IMG/VR virus record: IMGVR_UViG_2645727563_000002
Span: 1 to 55,868 of that record
Strand: one strand, 5' to 3'
DNA length: 55,868 nt
DNA from: a virus
Lineage: Duplodnaviria > Heunggongvirae > Uroviricota > Caudoviricetes
The notes below the pieces were generated by a model, which worked only from the letters and a program-made list of their open reading frames with translations, ran no database searches and was not told where the DNA came from. Shown here piece after piece: positions 31,669 to 41,964 of this stretch (position 1 is its first letter; each line of letters starts with the position of its first letter). Both the position numbers and the translations under genes were made by a program.

Positions 31669-32931
31669 ATGAGCACTTCAGCACAAAACCAATCAATCGA
31701 AAATGTATCTATCCCTGATGTCCTGAATGCCGGTATCCCGGCCATTATCCAGAACATCCGGGCCGCGCAACGCCGCGTTAGTTGTGATGACCTCACAGCA
31801 CGTTTTTTTGATAATGCGGTTCAGTCAGCGGAGATGCTTCACGCACAGCTTATTGATGTTTATAACGCAGAAGCTGATAGCCATAACTCCCTGGTAGATG
31901 CAGCTGAAAATATGCAGTTGGATCTCGGTCTGAAGGGTAAAGAAATTGAAGAGCTTCAGCTGCAAATTGAACATTTGAAACGCCAGCAACAGGACGCGAT
32001 CGACGATGCGACGCATGACGCCAACCAGCGTGCTGATAATGCCGAACGTATAAGCATTGAGCTGGAAACAAAACTCAATGAAATGACCGCGATGGTTGAA
32101 CTGCGGAACTCACAGATTTCAACGCTAAAATCTCAATATAAAGAGATCATGAAACTTGATCCTTTTAACCTTGAGAAACGCTATAACAAAGCTAAAAGCG
32201 AGCGACAGGAACTGCGTAAGCAGGTCGCCGACCTTAACCAACAGCTCAAAAAAACTATTAAAGATGCAAGCGAAGCGCGCGTGGCATTTGCTAATAAAAA
32301 AGCAGAGGTTACCGCGCTGGTTAATGAGAATGCCAAATTTGCGACGCTCAAGAAGGAAATGTATGGCATTACTGAGCGCCGTTTCCCTGCAAGCAAACTT
32401 CATCCGACGTTAGGGCAAATCTCCTTCTTCCCGCGCCTCCTGGCTTATGGGATCTCATCGCCTAAAGAGTTCAATAACGAGCGTCCTTATATCGTTTCTA
32501 AGCTGGACTTTGCTTATCAGTTCTGCTGCGACATGGGCTATGCCATTGATATCCGGATCAACGAATGGTTGATGCCAAACTTCCAGCCGTTGGCCATTTT
32601 CCGCGAGTTCCAGCCGGAAGGTTGGGTAGAGTTCTTCCATGAATTGATCTGTAAAGAGATGGAAAGCCGCCGCCCGGAACTGGTCCGTCGAGTTGAGTGG
32701 GCGCAAGAGGTTATGTTGGCAGAGGTAGAGCTGCCGTTCGAACCGGAATTCATTGATGAACTGGCCAATAAAGGGCTGCATAGCCTATTTGATGTAGTTA
32801 CCCGCCGTCATGAGCAGTTGGTTGTTGAATTGGGTTTAGAGGAAACTGCGGCAAGAAGACTTCTCGATGTTTGCTATGCACGTAGCGATGCATGGGAAAA
32901 AGAGAACGGCGGCACTATTTACGTTCGCTGA
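31669..32931 (+). CDS. coiled-coil protein (420 aa)
   Basis: Long heptad-rich region (residues about 90-230). Confidence 0.5.
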   Translation: MSTSAQNQSIENVSIPDVLNAGIPAIIQNIRAAQRRVSCDDLTARFFDNAVQSAEMLHAQLIDVYNAEADSHNSLVDAAENMQLDLGLKGKEIEELQLQIEHLKRQQQDAIDDATHDANQRADNAERISIELETKLNEMTAMVELRNSQISTLKSQYKEIMKLDPFNLEKRYNKAKSERQELRKQVADLNQQLKKTIKDASEARVAFANKKAEVTALVNENAKFATLKKEMYGITERRFPASKLHPTLGQISFFPRLLAYGISSPKEFNNERPYIVSKLDFAYQFCCDMGYAIDIRINEWLMPNFQPLAIFREFQPEGWVEFFHELICKEMESRRPELVRRVEWAQEVMLAEVELPFEPEFIDELANKGLHSLFDVVTRRHEQLVVELGLEETAARRLLDVCYARSDAWEKENGGTIYVR

Positions 32932-32950
32932 TAGTTACAGTGTCACATTT

Positions 32951-32986
32951 AATGCTGGTGGAGTGCGCCCACCAGCATTTTTTTCG
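32951..32986 (+). terminator. rho-independent terminator
   Basis: aatgctggtgg-agtgcgc-ccaccagcatt followed by T-run. Confidence 0.7.
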
Positions 32987-33003
32987 TCCAATGAGGAGGG
33001 CAT

Positions 33004-33510
33004 TTGAGTATTTTCAATAAACACGCACACCAGGAACGTCCGTACATCGTCATAGTAGATATTGATGGGACGATATCAGAGGCAACGGAAGACAGGCTGC
33101 ATTTACTTCCACCACCTGGCAAAGGTGCATTAACAGAGCACTGGAACGAGTTTAACCTTGCCTGTGACACTGATGCTCCCATCACTCCAGTTATTGATAT
33201 GGTGCGCCAGTTGTCCGGCATTTACACCCTCTGGTTTGTAACCGGGCGCTGTGAGATAGCCAGGGATAAAACACGAGCCTGGTTGCGTAAGCACGTAACA
33301 AATGGGGCTGAGACTTTGCTATCTATGCGTCCTGCCACCGATGACAGAAATGACGGTCCAGCAAAGATTGATCTCCTGAAGAAAATTGGTCTAAGTAAAA
33401 TTGCGTTCGCGCTGGAAGATAAGATTGAAGTGGCGCGTGTTTTCAGGAGTCACGGCGTACTTACGTTAATGGTCAGGGAGTATGAAAACGCGCTTCTCCA
33501 CCAACAATAA
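33004..33510 (+). CDS. pap: HAD-superfamily phosphatase (168 aa)
   Basis: HAD motif I VIVDIDGT; TTG start after gaggag. Confidence 0.55.
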   Translation: MSIFNKHAHQERPYIVIVDIDGTISEATEDRLHLLPPPGKGALTEHWNEFNLACDTDAPITPVIDMVRQLSGIYTLWFVTGRCEIARDKTRAWLRKHVTNGAETLLSMRPATDDRNDGPAKIDLLKKIGLSKIAFALEDKIEVARVFRSHGVLTLMVREYENALLHQQ

Positions 33511-33526
33511 TTGCTCTAATAAATCT
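33510..33526 (+). promoter_or_regulatory. C1 operator
   Basis: attgctctaataaatct, 16/17, followed by cttgattttt as at 50500. Confidence 0.6.
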
Positions 33527-33704
33527 TGATTTTTAAAACATAGAAAGTGAAAATAAAAACATGCCGCAAGGCGCGGCATGTATCCAATCAATCACAGGAG
33601 CTGAAAATATGAACACGGCATTCAAAATCATTATGGCCGCGATCTATTTCTGGCTGTTCTCTATCACTTTTGGCGGCATCGTCGCACATGGGTAAGGGGG
33701 ATGC

Positions 33705-34430
33705 ATGAAAGGCGAAGTGAAAGAGCGCGGCATGATTTTTAACGATGAGATGGTCCGGGCCATCCTCGAAGGAAGGAAAACGCAGACGCGGCGGATAATG
33801 AAAAATCAGCCTGCGGAAGTTGGTCCAGAAGCACCAGTGATGGTTAGAAAAATTGGTGCAGGTTTTCAGTGGTACGGGGCTGATGGTGTAAGCAGTGTTT
33901 TCAATTGCCCCTTTGGTATCGTCGGCGATCGAATTTGGGTTCGTGAAACATGGGCGATATTAGGCAATGAAGATGGTTGCAGTGTGGACTGGAACGACAA
34001 CCTTTGTCGTGGCGATGAGAAGAACGCAGCAAGGATTTATCGGGCCAGTTGTGAGCAAAAGCCTGGTGATTACGGTTTATGGTCGATACCCGATGATGCC
34101 GACTGGAAACCTCACACTGTGAATGAAAAGTTTGATGGTGGGTGGCGTCCATCAATTCACATGCCGCGATGGGCATCACGCATCCTGGTGGAAATTACCA
34201 ACGTGCGCGTTGAGCGGTTGAACGATATCAGCGAATGCGATGCAAGGGATGAGGGTGTTCCGCCTGCTGGAAGTTTGCTTCCTGATCACCCGGGAACATT
34301 CCTTACTCCCAAGGGGGATTTCGCAATGGCCAAGGTTGCGTTCCAGCGCCTGTGGGAATCCATCTACGGCGAAGAAAGCTGGAGCGCTAATCCCTGGGTT
34401 TGGGTAATCGAGTTTGAGCGTATTCAGTAG
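33705..34430 (+). CDS. ASCH/PUA-like domain protein (241 aa)
   Basis: N-terminal ...MVRAILEGRKTQTRR... signature; strong RBS aaggggg. Confidence 0.45.
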   Translation: MKGEVKERGMIFNDEMVRAILEGRKTQTRRIMKNQPAEVGPEAPVMVRKIGAGFQWYGADGVSSVFNCPFGIVGDRIWVRETWAILGNEDGCSVDWNDNLCRGDEKNAARIYRASCEQKPGDYGLWSIPDDADWKPHTVNEKFDGGWRPSIHMPRWASRILVEITNVRVERLNDISECDARDEGVPPAGSLLPDHPGTFLTPKGDFAMAKVAFQRLWESIYGEESWSANPWVWVIEFERIQ

Positions 34431-34439
34431 GGCGAGCGT

Positions 34440-34661
34440 ATGCAATCAGTTATTTGTGAGGAAGTCGGCCTGAATAAAGCATCCCCAGCAGAGTTAAGAG
34501 CAAGTCTCGAAATGGCGCATAGCCTTGCTCAAATTGGTGTCAGGTTTGTACCAATTCCAGTTGAAACAGATGAAGAATTTCACAGGTTAGCGGCATCGGC
34601 AGCACAAAAGCTGGAAATCATGGCAGCGAAAGTAGAGAAAGCTGAAGGAGCGACAAAATGA
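34440..34661 (+). CDS. hypothetical protein (73 aa)
   Basis: Compact ORF in co-directional block. Confidence 0.4.
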   Translation: MQSVICEEVGLNKASPAELRASLEMAHSLAQIGVRFVPIPVETDEEFHRLAASAAQKLEIMAAKVEKAEGATK

Positions 34662-34873
34662 GCAAGCCAACCGACGAAGAAATAGTTCGGGTGTTGGAAG
34701 AACACGGGCGCTGTATGACTTACGTCGTGACCAACTGGCTTAGGGATAAATATCGCACACTCAAAACGGCATACGTTTTGCGTCGTCTAAAGAAACTGGA
34801 GTTCGACGGGAAAGTAAAGCGCGTTAACAGTTCTTATATAAGACAAATTTGCTGGGAGGCATCCAGTGAGTAA
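34658..34873 (+). CDS. hypothetical protein (71 aa)
   Basis: Overlapping start/stop with neighbours. Confidence 0.4.
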   Translation: MSKPTDEEIVRVLEEHGRCMTYVVTNWLRDKYRTLKTAYVLRRLKKLEFDGKVKRVNSSYIRQICWEASSE

Positions 34874-35510
34874 CCGTTTTTACATGATGTGCTTGCGTGA
34901 AACTGTGGGTAATAACGCCTCATTCCATTGCCATAACGGCAATGGTTACAGTTCTGATATCGATCGCGCTCATGTTTACACGCTGGAAGAAGCCCAAAAA
35001 GCCTGGAATTGTGGGCGAGATATCGATCAGCCTGTTTGTGCCGATAGTGTGGATGCAATGGCTGTGTGGCACGTTGATTGCCAGTACATCCCTACAGAAA
35101 GCCTGATTGAGTCAGATTGCACTGCGTATGTGGCCTACAAAAAAGGTAGCTGGAACGGCAACGATGTTTACTGGCTTCAACACGGTGGATTGCCAACAGA
35201 TGACTTCAGTAAAGCGACCATCTTTAGCGTCGCCAACAAAAACGAACCAGGAATAGTTTGGTTGCCATTTTCCATTGCTGATGCAGCAAAGCGCCGGACG
35301 TTCAATATCAATAACTTTAACCGCAGAACAATGGTTCAGGGCGCAGGTTTGATCATGCCTGACTGGTTGAAAAAGCAGAACAGAAGAAAGAAGTCGCGAA
35401 GCGGGAAGGTGCGTTGGAATTGTCCGCATTGCGGAAAAATCACCTGGCAGTACAGCCCATATGATTTTGAAGGCTGTCGTGATTACAACTGTGAAGGATG
35501 GCGAGAATGA
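34866..35510 (+). CDS. hypothetical protein with C-terminal zinc ribbon (214 aa)
   Basis: NCPHCG...CRDYNCEGW. Confidence 0.45.
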   Translation: MSNRFYMMCLRETVGNNASFHCHNGNGYSSDIDRAHVYTLEEAQKAWNCGRDIDQPVCADSVDAMAVWHVDCQYIPTESLIESDCTAYVAYKKGSWNGNDVYWLQHGGLPTDDFSKATIFSVANKNEPGIVWLPFSIADAAKRRTFNINNFNRRTMVQGAGLIMPDWLKKQNRRKKSRSGKVRWNCPHCGKITWQYSPYDFEGCRDYNCEGWRE

Positions 35511-36208
35511 CAATTGACTATCAAGAACTGCGCGAGGCGGCGGAACAGGCAACGCAAGATGAATGGGTAGCATATATTTTGCCGGGTCATAACGGCATTT
35601 ATCCTGCGCGCACGTCTGAGGGTAGGCATTGCGGATACTTTATTGACTGGCCTGGCATTGATGGGCAAAGGAATGCTGGTGCTAATGCCCGTTATATCGC
35701 GGCTATCCCACCAAAAGTTGCGCTGGCACTCCTGGGCGAAATTAAGCGCCTGGAGGACACAAATATTGATGCTATGTGCCGAATAGCACCGCTTGAGACT
35801 AAGCTCGCGGCTCTGGTGGCAGAGAACGCCGGGCTGAAACTCGCAATGGCTGTAACTCTTGATCATGTGTCGGTCACGGATGCAGGGCAGGCCGGAGTTG
35901 CTGCAATGATTATCAACGATGCCCTGCACCACAGCGAAACTCCAGCTACCGATGCTTTTCTGGCTGAAATTCGTGCGGAAGCACGCAACGAGGGGATTAA
36001 CTATACCGCCAGCCGTCTTGCTGCTGCGTTCAATCACGGATTTATCAATAAGTCTTTGCGTGAAGTTTTCGACGTTACACGCATGATTTTGTCAGCGAAA
36101 GAAGAGTTGGCTAATGAAGCGCATCCGATTGATGGCCTGTCTGGTGAATATGCGGAGAAATCCCTTGAAGAATGGGCGGAACAGATTCGCAAAGGAAGCA
36201 GCCAGTGA
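35498..36208 (+). CDS. Ea22-like paralog 1 (236 aa)
   Basis: N-terminus TIDYQELREAAEQATQDEW and C-terminal ATDAFLAEIRAEA...EWAEQIRKGSSQ shared with neighbours. Confidence 0.5.
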   Translation: MARMTIDYQELREAAEQATQDEWVAYILPGHNGIYPARTSEGRHCGYFIDWPGIDGQRNAGANARYIAAIPPKVALALLGEIKRLEDTNIDAMCRIAPLETKLAALVAENAGLKLAMAVTLDHVSVTDAGQAGVAAMIINDALHHSETPATDAFLAEIRAEARNEGINYTASRLAAAFNHGFINKSLREVFDVTRMILSAKEELANEAHPIDGLSGEYAEKSLEEWAEQIRKGSSQ

Positions 36209-36495
36209 ATATCGACACGACAATAACGATCGATACGCTCCTAAATACCGGTCTGGCACTTCTCGGTTGGCTTTACATCATGTCCCGCACATGGCGATGG
36301 CTGGGTTCCATTTTCCTAAAACAGTGGAAAAAACGGCGCAAACAGGAACTACGCCAGAAGGCATTAGAAGCGTTCTATGACGCATTTGAGCTTAGCCGCA
36401 TTGAACCAGGTACAACAGCCAGGATAGCGACAAAAGGCGACCTGATGATAGTGATGTTCCGACAGGAGAGAGCAGAGAAAGGGGAATCAGCATGA
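36205..36495 (+). CDS. small membrane protein (about 96 aa)
   Basis: GTG start overlapping previous stop; TM segment LLNTGLALLGWLYIM. Confidence 0.35.
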   Translation: MNIDTTITIDTLLNTGLALLGWLYIMSRTWRWLGSIFLKQWKKRRKQELRQKALEAFYDAFELSRIEPGTTARIATKGDLMIVMFRQERAEKGESA

Positions 36496-37226
36496 AAATT
36501 TCCAAATTTTCTGAGTTGGTGAATCGTATTTTGTCCAACAACCACAGCCATCGTCGCGATATGGATGTAACAATCGTTGTTCATTCGCCTGGCAGCATTG
36601 GTTCAACACCTTCAGTTGAGGTTCAGTCAATTCACGCTGGTTTTGATTGGGATTCCGGGAAAGTGCTTATTTTCCCATCACAGCCACTGACCACGCTAAC
36701 ACCAGAACAGATTACTGATATCACTGATAGTGTGCGCAAAGGTCAGTCTTGGCACGCATATCAGGAATACAAGAAGCATCAAGAGCAGTTGGAAAAATTG
36801 TCGATTGAACTGGATGCCGCAAAACAGCGCATTGCAGAGCTGGAGGGTAATCGCACGGCGCTGGCAGTGGAGAATGAGCTGGCTCGTAAGGCAGTTCAGG
36901 CATTCTGCGATGTTGTTGGCGACAACACCGAGGTTATCGCTGAGGTGGTTGGGCGAGATGGCGTTCTGGTTATTTTGAAGGCCATGAAGGCAACAGGAAA
37001 TATGTCAGCCACCGACGCTTTCTTGGCTGAAGTCCGGGCGCAGGGGGTGGATGCTGCTATAGAAGCTGCAAAAAATCTGGTGGCCCAAGAATATGAGTAT
37101 AAGGATTTCAAAGCGGCGCAGAGTGATTGCTGTATGCACCCTGGTTCAGACCTGGTAGGGAAGGTTGAAATGACTGAGTGGTTAGTTGACTTTGCTGCCC
37201 AGCTTCGCAAAGGAGGCAACCAGTGA
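36492..37226 (+). CDS. Ea22-like paralog 2 (244 aa)
   Basis: Shares C-terminal module ATDAFLAEVRAQ...FAAQLRKGGNQ with paralog 1. Confidence 0.5.
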   Translation: MKISKFSELVNRILSNNHSHRRDMDVTIVVHSPGSIGSTPSVEVQSIHAGFDWDSGKVLIFPSQPLTTLTPEQITDITDSVRKGQSWHAYQEYKKHQEQLEKLSIELDAAKQRIAELEGNRTALAVENELARKAVQAFCDVVGDNTEVIAEVVGRDGVLVILKAMKATGNMSATDAFLAEVRAQGVDAAIEAAKNLVAQEYEYKDFKAAQSDCCMHPGSDLVGKVEMTEWLVDFAAQLRKGGNQ

Positions 37227-37978
37227 GCAAGATTGACTATCAGGCACTGCGTGAAAAGGCAGAGAAAGCAACGTGTGGTGTGTGGTCGCTCGAATATGGA
37301 GAGGGACGATTTGATGGTGATGATGCACTAATTCATCGCGAGGTTGCTGGATATATTCCCATTTGCAGAATTGAAGGAGCGCATCCTGAAAGCGGTTTCG
37401 ATGAAGATTTCCAAATAGAACAGCAGGCCAATGCTGAATTCATCGCCGCAGCCAATCCAGCTACCGTGACGGCATTACTGGATGAACTGGAAAGAAACCA
37501 GCAATACATCAAACGCCGTGACCAGGAGAACGAGGAAATTGCGCTAACGGTAGGGAGGCTTCGCGTTGAGCTGGAAGGCAAAGACAGCAAAATAGCCAAT
37601 CTTACCGCCGAACGCGATGCTCTTCGTGAAGGTGAGATGGGCGACGCTAGGCATAGCAACACACGGGCCGCAGCTGATATCTACTTCCAACTGGTCGAGG
37701 AGTGCGAAATTCCTGCTGGCGGATCTCTGGTCGAGTACGTTGACGATATGCGCGAGAAGCTGGAAGCCGCAGAGAAGCGCATTGCAGAGTTAGAAAGTGG
37801 TTCTCAGGCACAAAAGTTAGTTGAAGCAATCATTGTTGCGATAGAAAACGAACAGGAAAGGCTTTTTGATGAAGATTACCTAATGGATTCGAAAGAATGC
37901 ATTGACGTAATTCGTGAAGAAGTAAAGCGATGGAATGATTCCCGTGCCGCTGGCATTCGCATCAACGGAGGTGAGTAG
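37223..37978 (+). CDS. Ea22-like paralog 3 (251 aa)
   Basis: Shares N-terminal module KIDYQALREKAEKAT with paralog 1; coiled coil. Confidence 0.5.
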   Translation: MSKIDYQALREKAEKATCGVWSLEYGEGRFDGDDALIHREVAGYIPICRIEGAHPESGFDEDFQIEQQANAEFIAAANPATVTALLDELERNQQYIKRRDQENEEIALTVGRLRVELEGKDSKIANLTAERDALREGEMGDARHSNTRAAADIYFQLVEECEIPAGGSLVEYVDDMREKLEAAEKRIAELESGSQAQKLVEAIIVAIENEQERLFDEDYLMDSKECIDVIREEVKRWNDSRAAGIRINGGE

Positions 37979-38323
37979 TGCGTGTGGCATGTATCGGCTT
38001 GTTACCGTACCCGACTCGTTTTTGGGCTTCTGCGCTAATTGCAAAGCCACATGTCCTGATGGCTGACAACATCATCCCGGCACCAAAGCGCCGCCATACC
38101 GGTATTGCAGCGGCACGACGAGCAGCAAAGAGACGCAGGAGAGCAAAGCGATGAAAAACCGTAAGGCAAAACGACTTTTTTTACAGCGACCTGTGCGTGT
38201 GGTGGAGCTGGTTATTAGCAACCATAAGATAGCGGTACTCCATCCATTTGGTCAGGTGGCTTTTGCCGCAAAGCGTAAGCCTACTGCGTCACAGAACAGG
38301 CGGAAGAAAGGGTACGCAGTAAG

Positions 38324-38512
38324 ATGAAAAACCGTAAAGCAAAGATTCTGTTAGTTCGTAGAAACGCTCCTGGCGTCTGGCAGTGGGTGAGACTCAGCAA
38401 CCGACGGATGGGGTTGATGAAATATTACGGGATGATGGATTGTGGTTTTTGCAAAAAGCCCAGCGCGGCGCAAAACCGCTGGAAAAACCACTTGCGCACT
38501 AAAGGAGAGTGA
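38324..38512 (+). CDS. small basic protein (62 aa), second of two tandem MKNRKAK-initiated ORFs
   Basis: The first copy (about 38152-38320, not in the ORF track) has the same start atgaaaaaccgtaa(g/a)gcaaa. Confidence 0.35.
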   Translation: MKNRKAKILLVRRNAPGVWQWVRLSNRRMGLMKYYGMMDCGFCKKPSAAQNRWKNHLRTKGE

Positions 38513-38513
38513 T

Positions 38514-38741
38514 ATGGCTAACTCATTACTTGAAACCTGCAACAACTGGCAGATTCAGAGGGCGGAGATTTTATCTCGCAATCCAGATATGGCAATGACA
38601 ATTGACAATCTGGATACGCTAATTGAGCGAACCGTGCGCTCTGCAATTGATATAGCACATCGAGTGGATTGGGATTTCAGAGAAGCGGAGCGACTTGCTA
38701 AAGAGCAGGCGAAAGCAGCGGGTAAAGGAGAGGCATCATGA
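38514..38741 (+). CDS. hypothetical protein (75 aa)
   Basis: ATG at 38514 after aaaggagag. Confidence 0.45.
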   Translation: MANSLLETCNNWQIQRAEILSRNPDMAMTIDNLDTLIERTVRSAIDIAHRVDWDFREAERLAKEQAKAAGKGEAS

Positions 38742-39334
38742 AAACTTTCACTATTGACTGGCTCAACAAATGCCGCTGCGGGAATAAATCACACACGGTC
38801 AAAACAGCTCGCGGAAATGAAACCGCCTTGTGGGATGACGATGCCGTTAAGTGCAACTCCTGCGGTCGTGGCGGAGTCATTCAAGTCTGTGAGGGGCAGG
38901 CGCGAGTTTTATGGGAAACCGATGAAGAGATGGCGGATGGAAAACCCATGACCACTATAACCAAAGAGCGACTGCTGACAATCAAGCAGTGGCGCGAAAC
39001 ATACGGACCTGGTAGCAACGTTGTACTGCCAGCAGAAGAAGCGGAAGAACTGGCACGAATTGCTCTGGCATCGCTGGAAGCAAAACCAATAGGTGCATTC
39101 CACATTGCAGAACAGCAAGTTGACGGCACAAGTGACTACCTCAAGGATGGAGAATGGCCTATTGATAATGGAATTATTGAGGTCTACGCCGCTCCCCTCG
39201 TTCCAGTAGTACCGGAAGAAAAACCAATGCCTAATCCTCTTAGCATGTACGCGGTCGATGCTGTTGCCGCTATTGCAGAGGTGAGAGGCTGGAACGCCTG
39301 CCGTGCCGCTATGCTTCAGGGAAAAGGAGAGTGA
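38738..39334 (+). CDS. hypothetical protein with N-terminal zinc ribbon (198 aa)
   Basis: CRCG...CNSCGRGG. Confidence 0.45.
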   Translation: MKTFTIDWLNKCRCGNKSHTVKTARGNETALWDDDAVKCNSCGRGGVIQVCEGQARVLWETDEEMADGKPMTTITKERLLTIKQWRETYGPGSNVVLPAEEAEELARIALASLEAKPIGAFHIAEQQVDGTSDYLKDGEWPIDNGIIEVYAAPLVPVVPEEKPMPNPLSMYAVDAVAAIAEVRGWNACRAAMLQGKGE

Positions 39335-39335
39335 T

Positions 39336-39881
39336 ATGACCACTATAACCGATAAGAAACAGTATCCAGGCGAGCAATATCTTAATGAGCTGATCACCAA
39401 CATAGAGTTTGCTGCAAGGGCACCAGTTGAAGTCGTGAGAGCGATGGCAGCAGAGCTACAGAAGCGGCGCGAAGCTGATAGTGCAGAACCTGTAAGCCAA
39501 ACTTACAAGTTTCCAGTTAATACACCTTGCCAGGATGCGCCAGCCCATATCTGGCTGCAAACGGCTGGAGTATGGCCAGAAAATGGCGAGTTAAGCGAAT
39601 TAACGTGGTGCAGCCACAATCAGCACCATGATGACACGCTATATGTTCGAGCTGACCTTGTGAATGGCAACTCTCCGGTAACTCCGGATGGTTGGATAAG
39701 CTGTAGTGAGCGAATGCCCGCTCAAGATGATTGGATTTTAATTTATTCAAAGCACGGTGAGTATATGGCAGGACAGGTGCAAGGGGAATACGTGGAGTTG
39801 AGCGACGGCACTTTATCCTGGTTAGGGAACGCCTTGTTCTGGATGCTGCTACCAGAACCTTCCCAGGAGGCAGGTCAATGA
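39336..39881 (+). CDS. DUF551-like phage protein (181 aa)
   Basis: C-terminal WISCSERMP...WILIYSK segment; ATG after aaaggagag. Confidence 0.4.
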   Translation: MTTITDKKQYPGEQYLNELITNIEFAARAPVEVVRAMAAELQKRREADSAEPVSQTYKFPVNTPCQDAPAHIWLQTAGVWPENGELSELTWCSHNQHHDDTLYVRADLVNGNSPVTPDGWISCSERMPAQDDWILIYSKHGEYMAGQVQGEYVELSDGTLSWLGNALFWMLLPEPSQEAGQ

Positions 39882-39963
39882 GCTGGCCTGAAGCATTCGC
39901 AACGGTAGGAATTGTGATGGCGGCAGCACTGGGTTTGTATTCAATTTGTCGCTGGTGGTAACG

Positions 39964-40197
39964 ATGGGAAAAATAACTTTTGTAGTCGAATTTGAGGATG
40001 GCAAAGAGCCACCTGTTAGCGCCAATCTTGATGTTGCTGGTGGCAGGCTTGTTTCGGTTCTATTTGGTGACTACCGAGATGACTTCTTCCAACCAGAAGA
40101 AGTTGATGTAGTGCGAAAGGCATTAAACGATTTAAGTGTTGATAACGATGATGCTCATGCGGAAATCATCCAAAAAATGGAACTGCTAACTCACTAA
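39964..40197 (+). CDS. hypothetical protein (77 aa)
   Basis: MGKITFVVEFEDGK... Confidence 0.4.
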   Translation: MGKITFVVEFEDGKEPPVSANLDVAGGRLVSVLFGDYRDDFFQPEEVDVVRKALNDLSVDNDDAHAEIIQKMELLTH

Positions 40198-40375
40198 ATT
40201 ATCAATTATGGTGCTATCACCTACGACGCCGAGAGAAAATTTATAATGTCAAAAGTAAATGCTTTGATTTTTTCAGCAATTGTTGGCTTTGGTTTTACTG
40301 CCGGAGTGCAGATTTATATTACGTGGGGAAAAATCATCAACTACGCATGGAGTTGTTTTATTAAGTGAGGTAGGT

Positions 40376-40669
40376 ATGTGGAGAGGTAATAGTCATGGCA
40401 AAAGCCAGATGATACTTACCGAATATCAGCTCGACCACAAAACCAATAAATCACGTTCAGTATATTTGCTTCGGCACAATAGCCGCGTAAGGAATACCGT
40501 GCTGGAGCAAAATCTGACCGTTGAAATGGATAATTTTGGGAACTTCAAGCCAACAATTGCGCTTGATGATTTCCCGCGTGGTTTAAGCGAAAGAGAAGCA
40601 ATGCTGAAATTAGCAGAATGGCTACAAAGATTAAGCATTGCTATTGAAGATAACTGGTCTGAACCTTAA
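40376..40669 (+). CDS. hypothetical protein (97 aa)
   Basis: ATG after gaggtaggt. Confidence 0.4.
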   Translation: MWRGNSHGKSQMILTEYQLDHKTNKSRSVYLLRHNSRVRNTVLEQNLTVEMDNFGNFKPTIALDDFPRGLSEREAMLKLAEWLQRLSIAIEDNWSEP

Positions 40670-40675
40670 ATTTAT

Positions 40676-41050
40676 ATGATGACACTAAAACATTTTCTTG
40701 ACCGCCCATTATGGGCGGCAGCCGCAGGCTATGACTTTAATTATATGGATTGCATGTCTTATACCGCCAATGCATACGACTATTCCTTCAGTCTGCTGCT
40801 TAATTCTTTAAGAATATTGCCGCAAACAGAAGTTGGAGAGCTTCATTTATGGCTATTGGGCTTTATCGCGGCTGGAGTTGGTATTGCTGTATGGCCTTTT
40901 ATTTTCTGGCTGGTGGCTGTTGTAGTGTGGTTTAAGTGCAAGACGTACCGGAGAAAGTATTTCTTAGGTGATGGAATGACTGATATTGCCAAAATGAACA
41001 TTGAAAAATGGACTAAGGAATGTGAAAAGAAATGGCGCAAAAAGAAATGA
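40676..41050 (+). CDS. membrane protein (124 aa)
   Basis: TM segment LWLLGFIAAGVGIAVWPFIFWLVAVVVWF. Confidence 0.4.
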   Translation: MMTLKHFLDRPLWAAAAGYDFNYMDCMSYTANAYDYSFSLLLNSLRILPQTEVGELHLWLLGFIAAGVGIAVWPFIFWLVAVVVWFKCKTYRRKYFLGDGMTDIAKMNIEKWTKECEKKWRKKK

Positions 41051-41964
41051 CCAGAATCACTGAAGAGCGTATATCAGAGATTATTTCCCGTATCGAAATG
41101 TATGGTCACGGTGCTGGATATACGGCAGATGAAGTATTGGCACTTGCCCAAATGGCTTTGGCGGCTTGCAAAGATGATAAAAAAATGAAGCTTATCGACT
41201 TGTTAGTGAAGGAGCTGCCTAAGTGCGGCGGGTGGCCTGATGGAATGAGTTATTGTTACCTACCCAGTGTCAATTTAATGGCACCATGCGCGACTTTTGC
41301 TTTTGGCTCAGACCACAAAAAAGACACTTTCTTTGGGCGCAATTTTTGTTGTGAGATTGAGCTTCCAATTGGTGACCTTGATAGCGATGAATACCAGTCA
41401 GTTGTCACTCGCGAACAATACGAATCAGCTCTCATAGCGTCGCAGAAAGTCGAGTTCAATGGTGATGAACTTGAAAGTAAGACTTACAGGTTGGATTTTG
41501 GGCAATGGCTGGAACAGCAACGCGGGAAAATCGATGTGGACTGTGGTTGTGTGTCCACTGAAACATTCATGCACTGGCTGCGGGTAGCTTACGAGGCTGG
41601 CAACTATCCGGACATTCCGGATAGTTCGGTGCCAGCACCAGGAAAGGGCGTCACCGGTGAACGTATCCGAATTAAGCCGCATGTTTATCGCGAACTGGTT
41701 AACCGTCTCCACGATACAGCGATCAAGTGTGCTGGCACCCAGCAATTACGAGAAAGAATTAGCCGTGTTTTGGGCGACGTTATTACACCAGATCATCATA
41801 AACAAGCCGAGAAAAGTGGCCTGGAAAGGTGTCACCTTGAGGCGGCATTAAACATTAAGCCGGGGCATACGCTTGGCATTATTGATGCACTATTGGTTCA
41901 TAAGATGGCCAGGGCTTTATTGCCGCTGGTGGATGCTGGCGATACAAGCGAGGGTGAAGTATGA
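41032..41964 (+). CDS. hypothetical protein (310 aa)
   Basis: Intact ORF, no motif recognised. Confidence 0.45.
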   Translation: MAQKEMTRITEERISEIISRIEMYGHGAGYTADEVLALAQMALAACKDDKKMKLIDLLVKELPKCGGWPDGMSYCYLPSVNLMAPCATFAFGSDHKKDTFFGRNFCCEIELPIGDLDSDEYQSVVTREQYESALIASQKVEFNGDELESKTYRLDFGQWLEQQRGKIDVDCGCVSTETFMHWLRVAYEAGNYPDIPDSSVPAPGKGVTGERIRIKPHVYRELVNRLHDTAIKCAGTQQLRERISRVLGDVITPDHHKQAEKSGLERCHLEAALNIKPGHTLGIIDALLVHKMARALLPLVDAGDTSEGEV

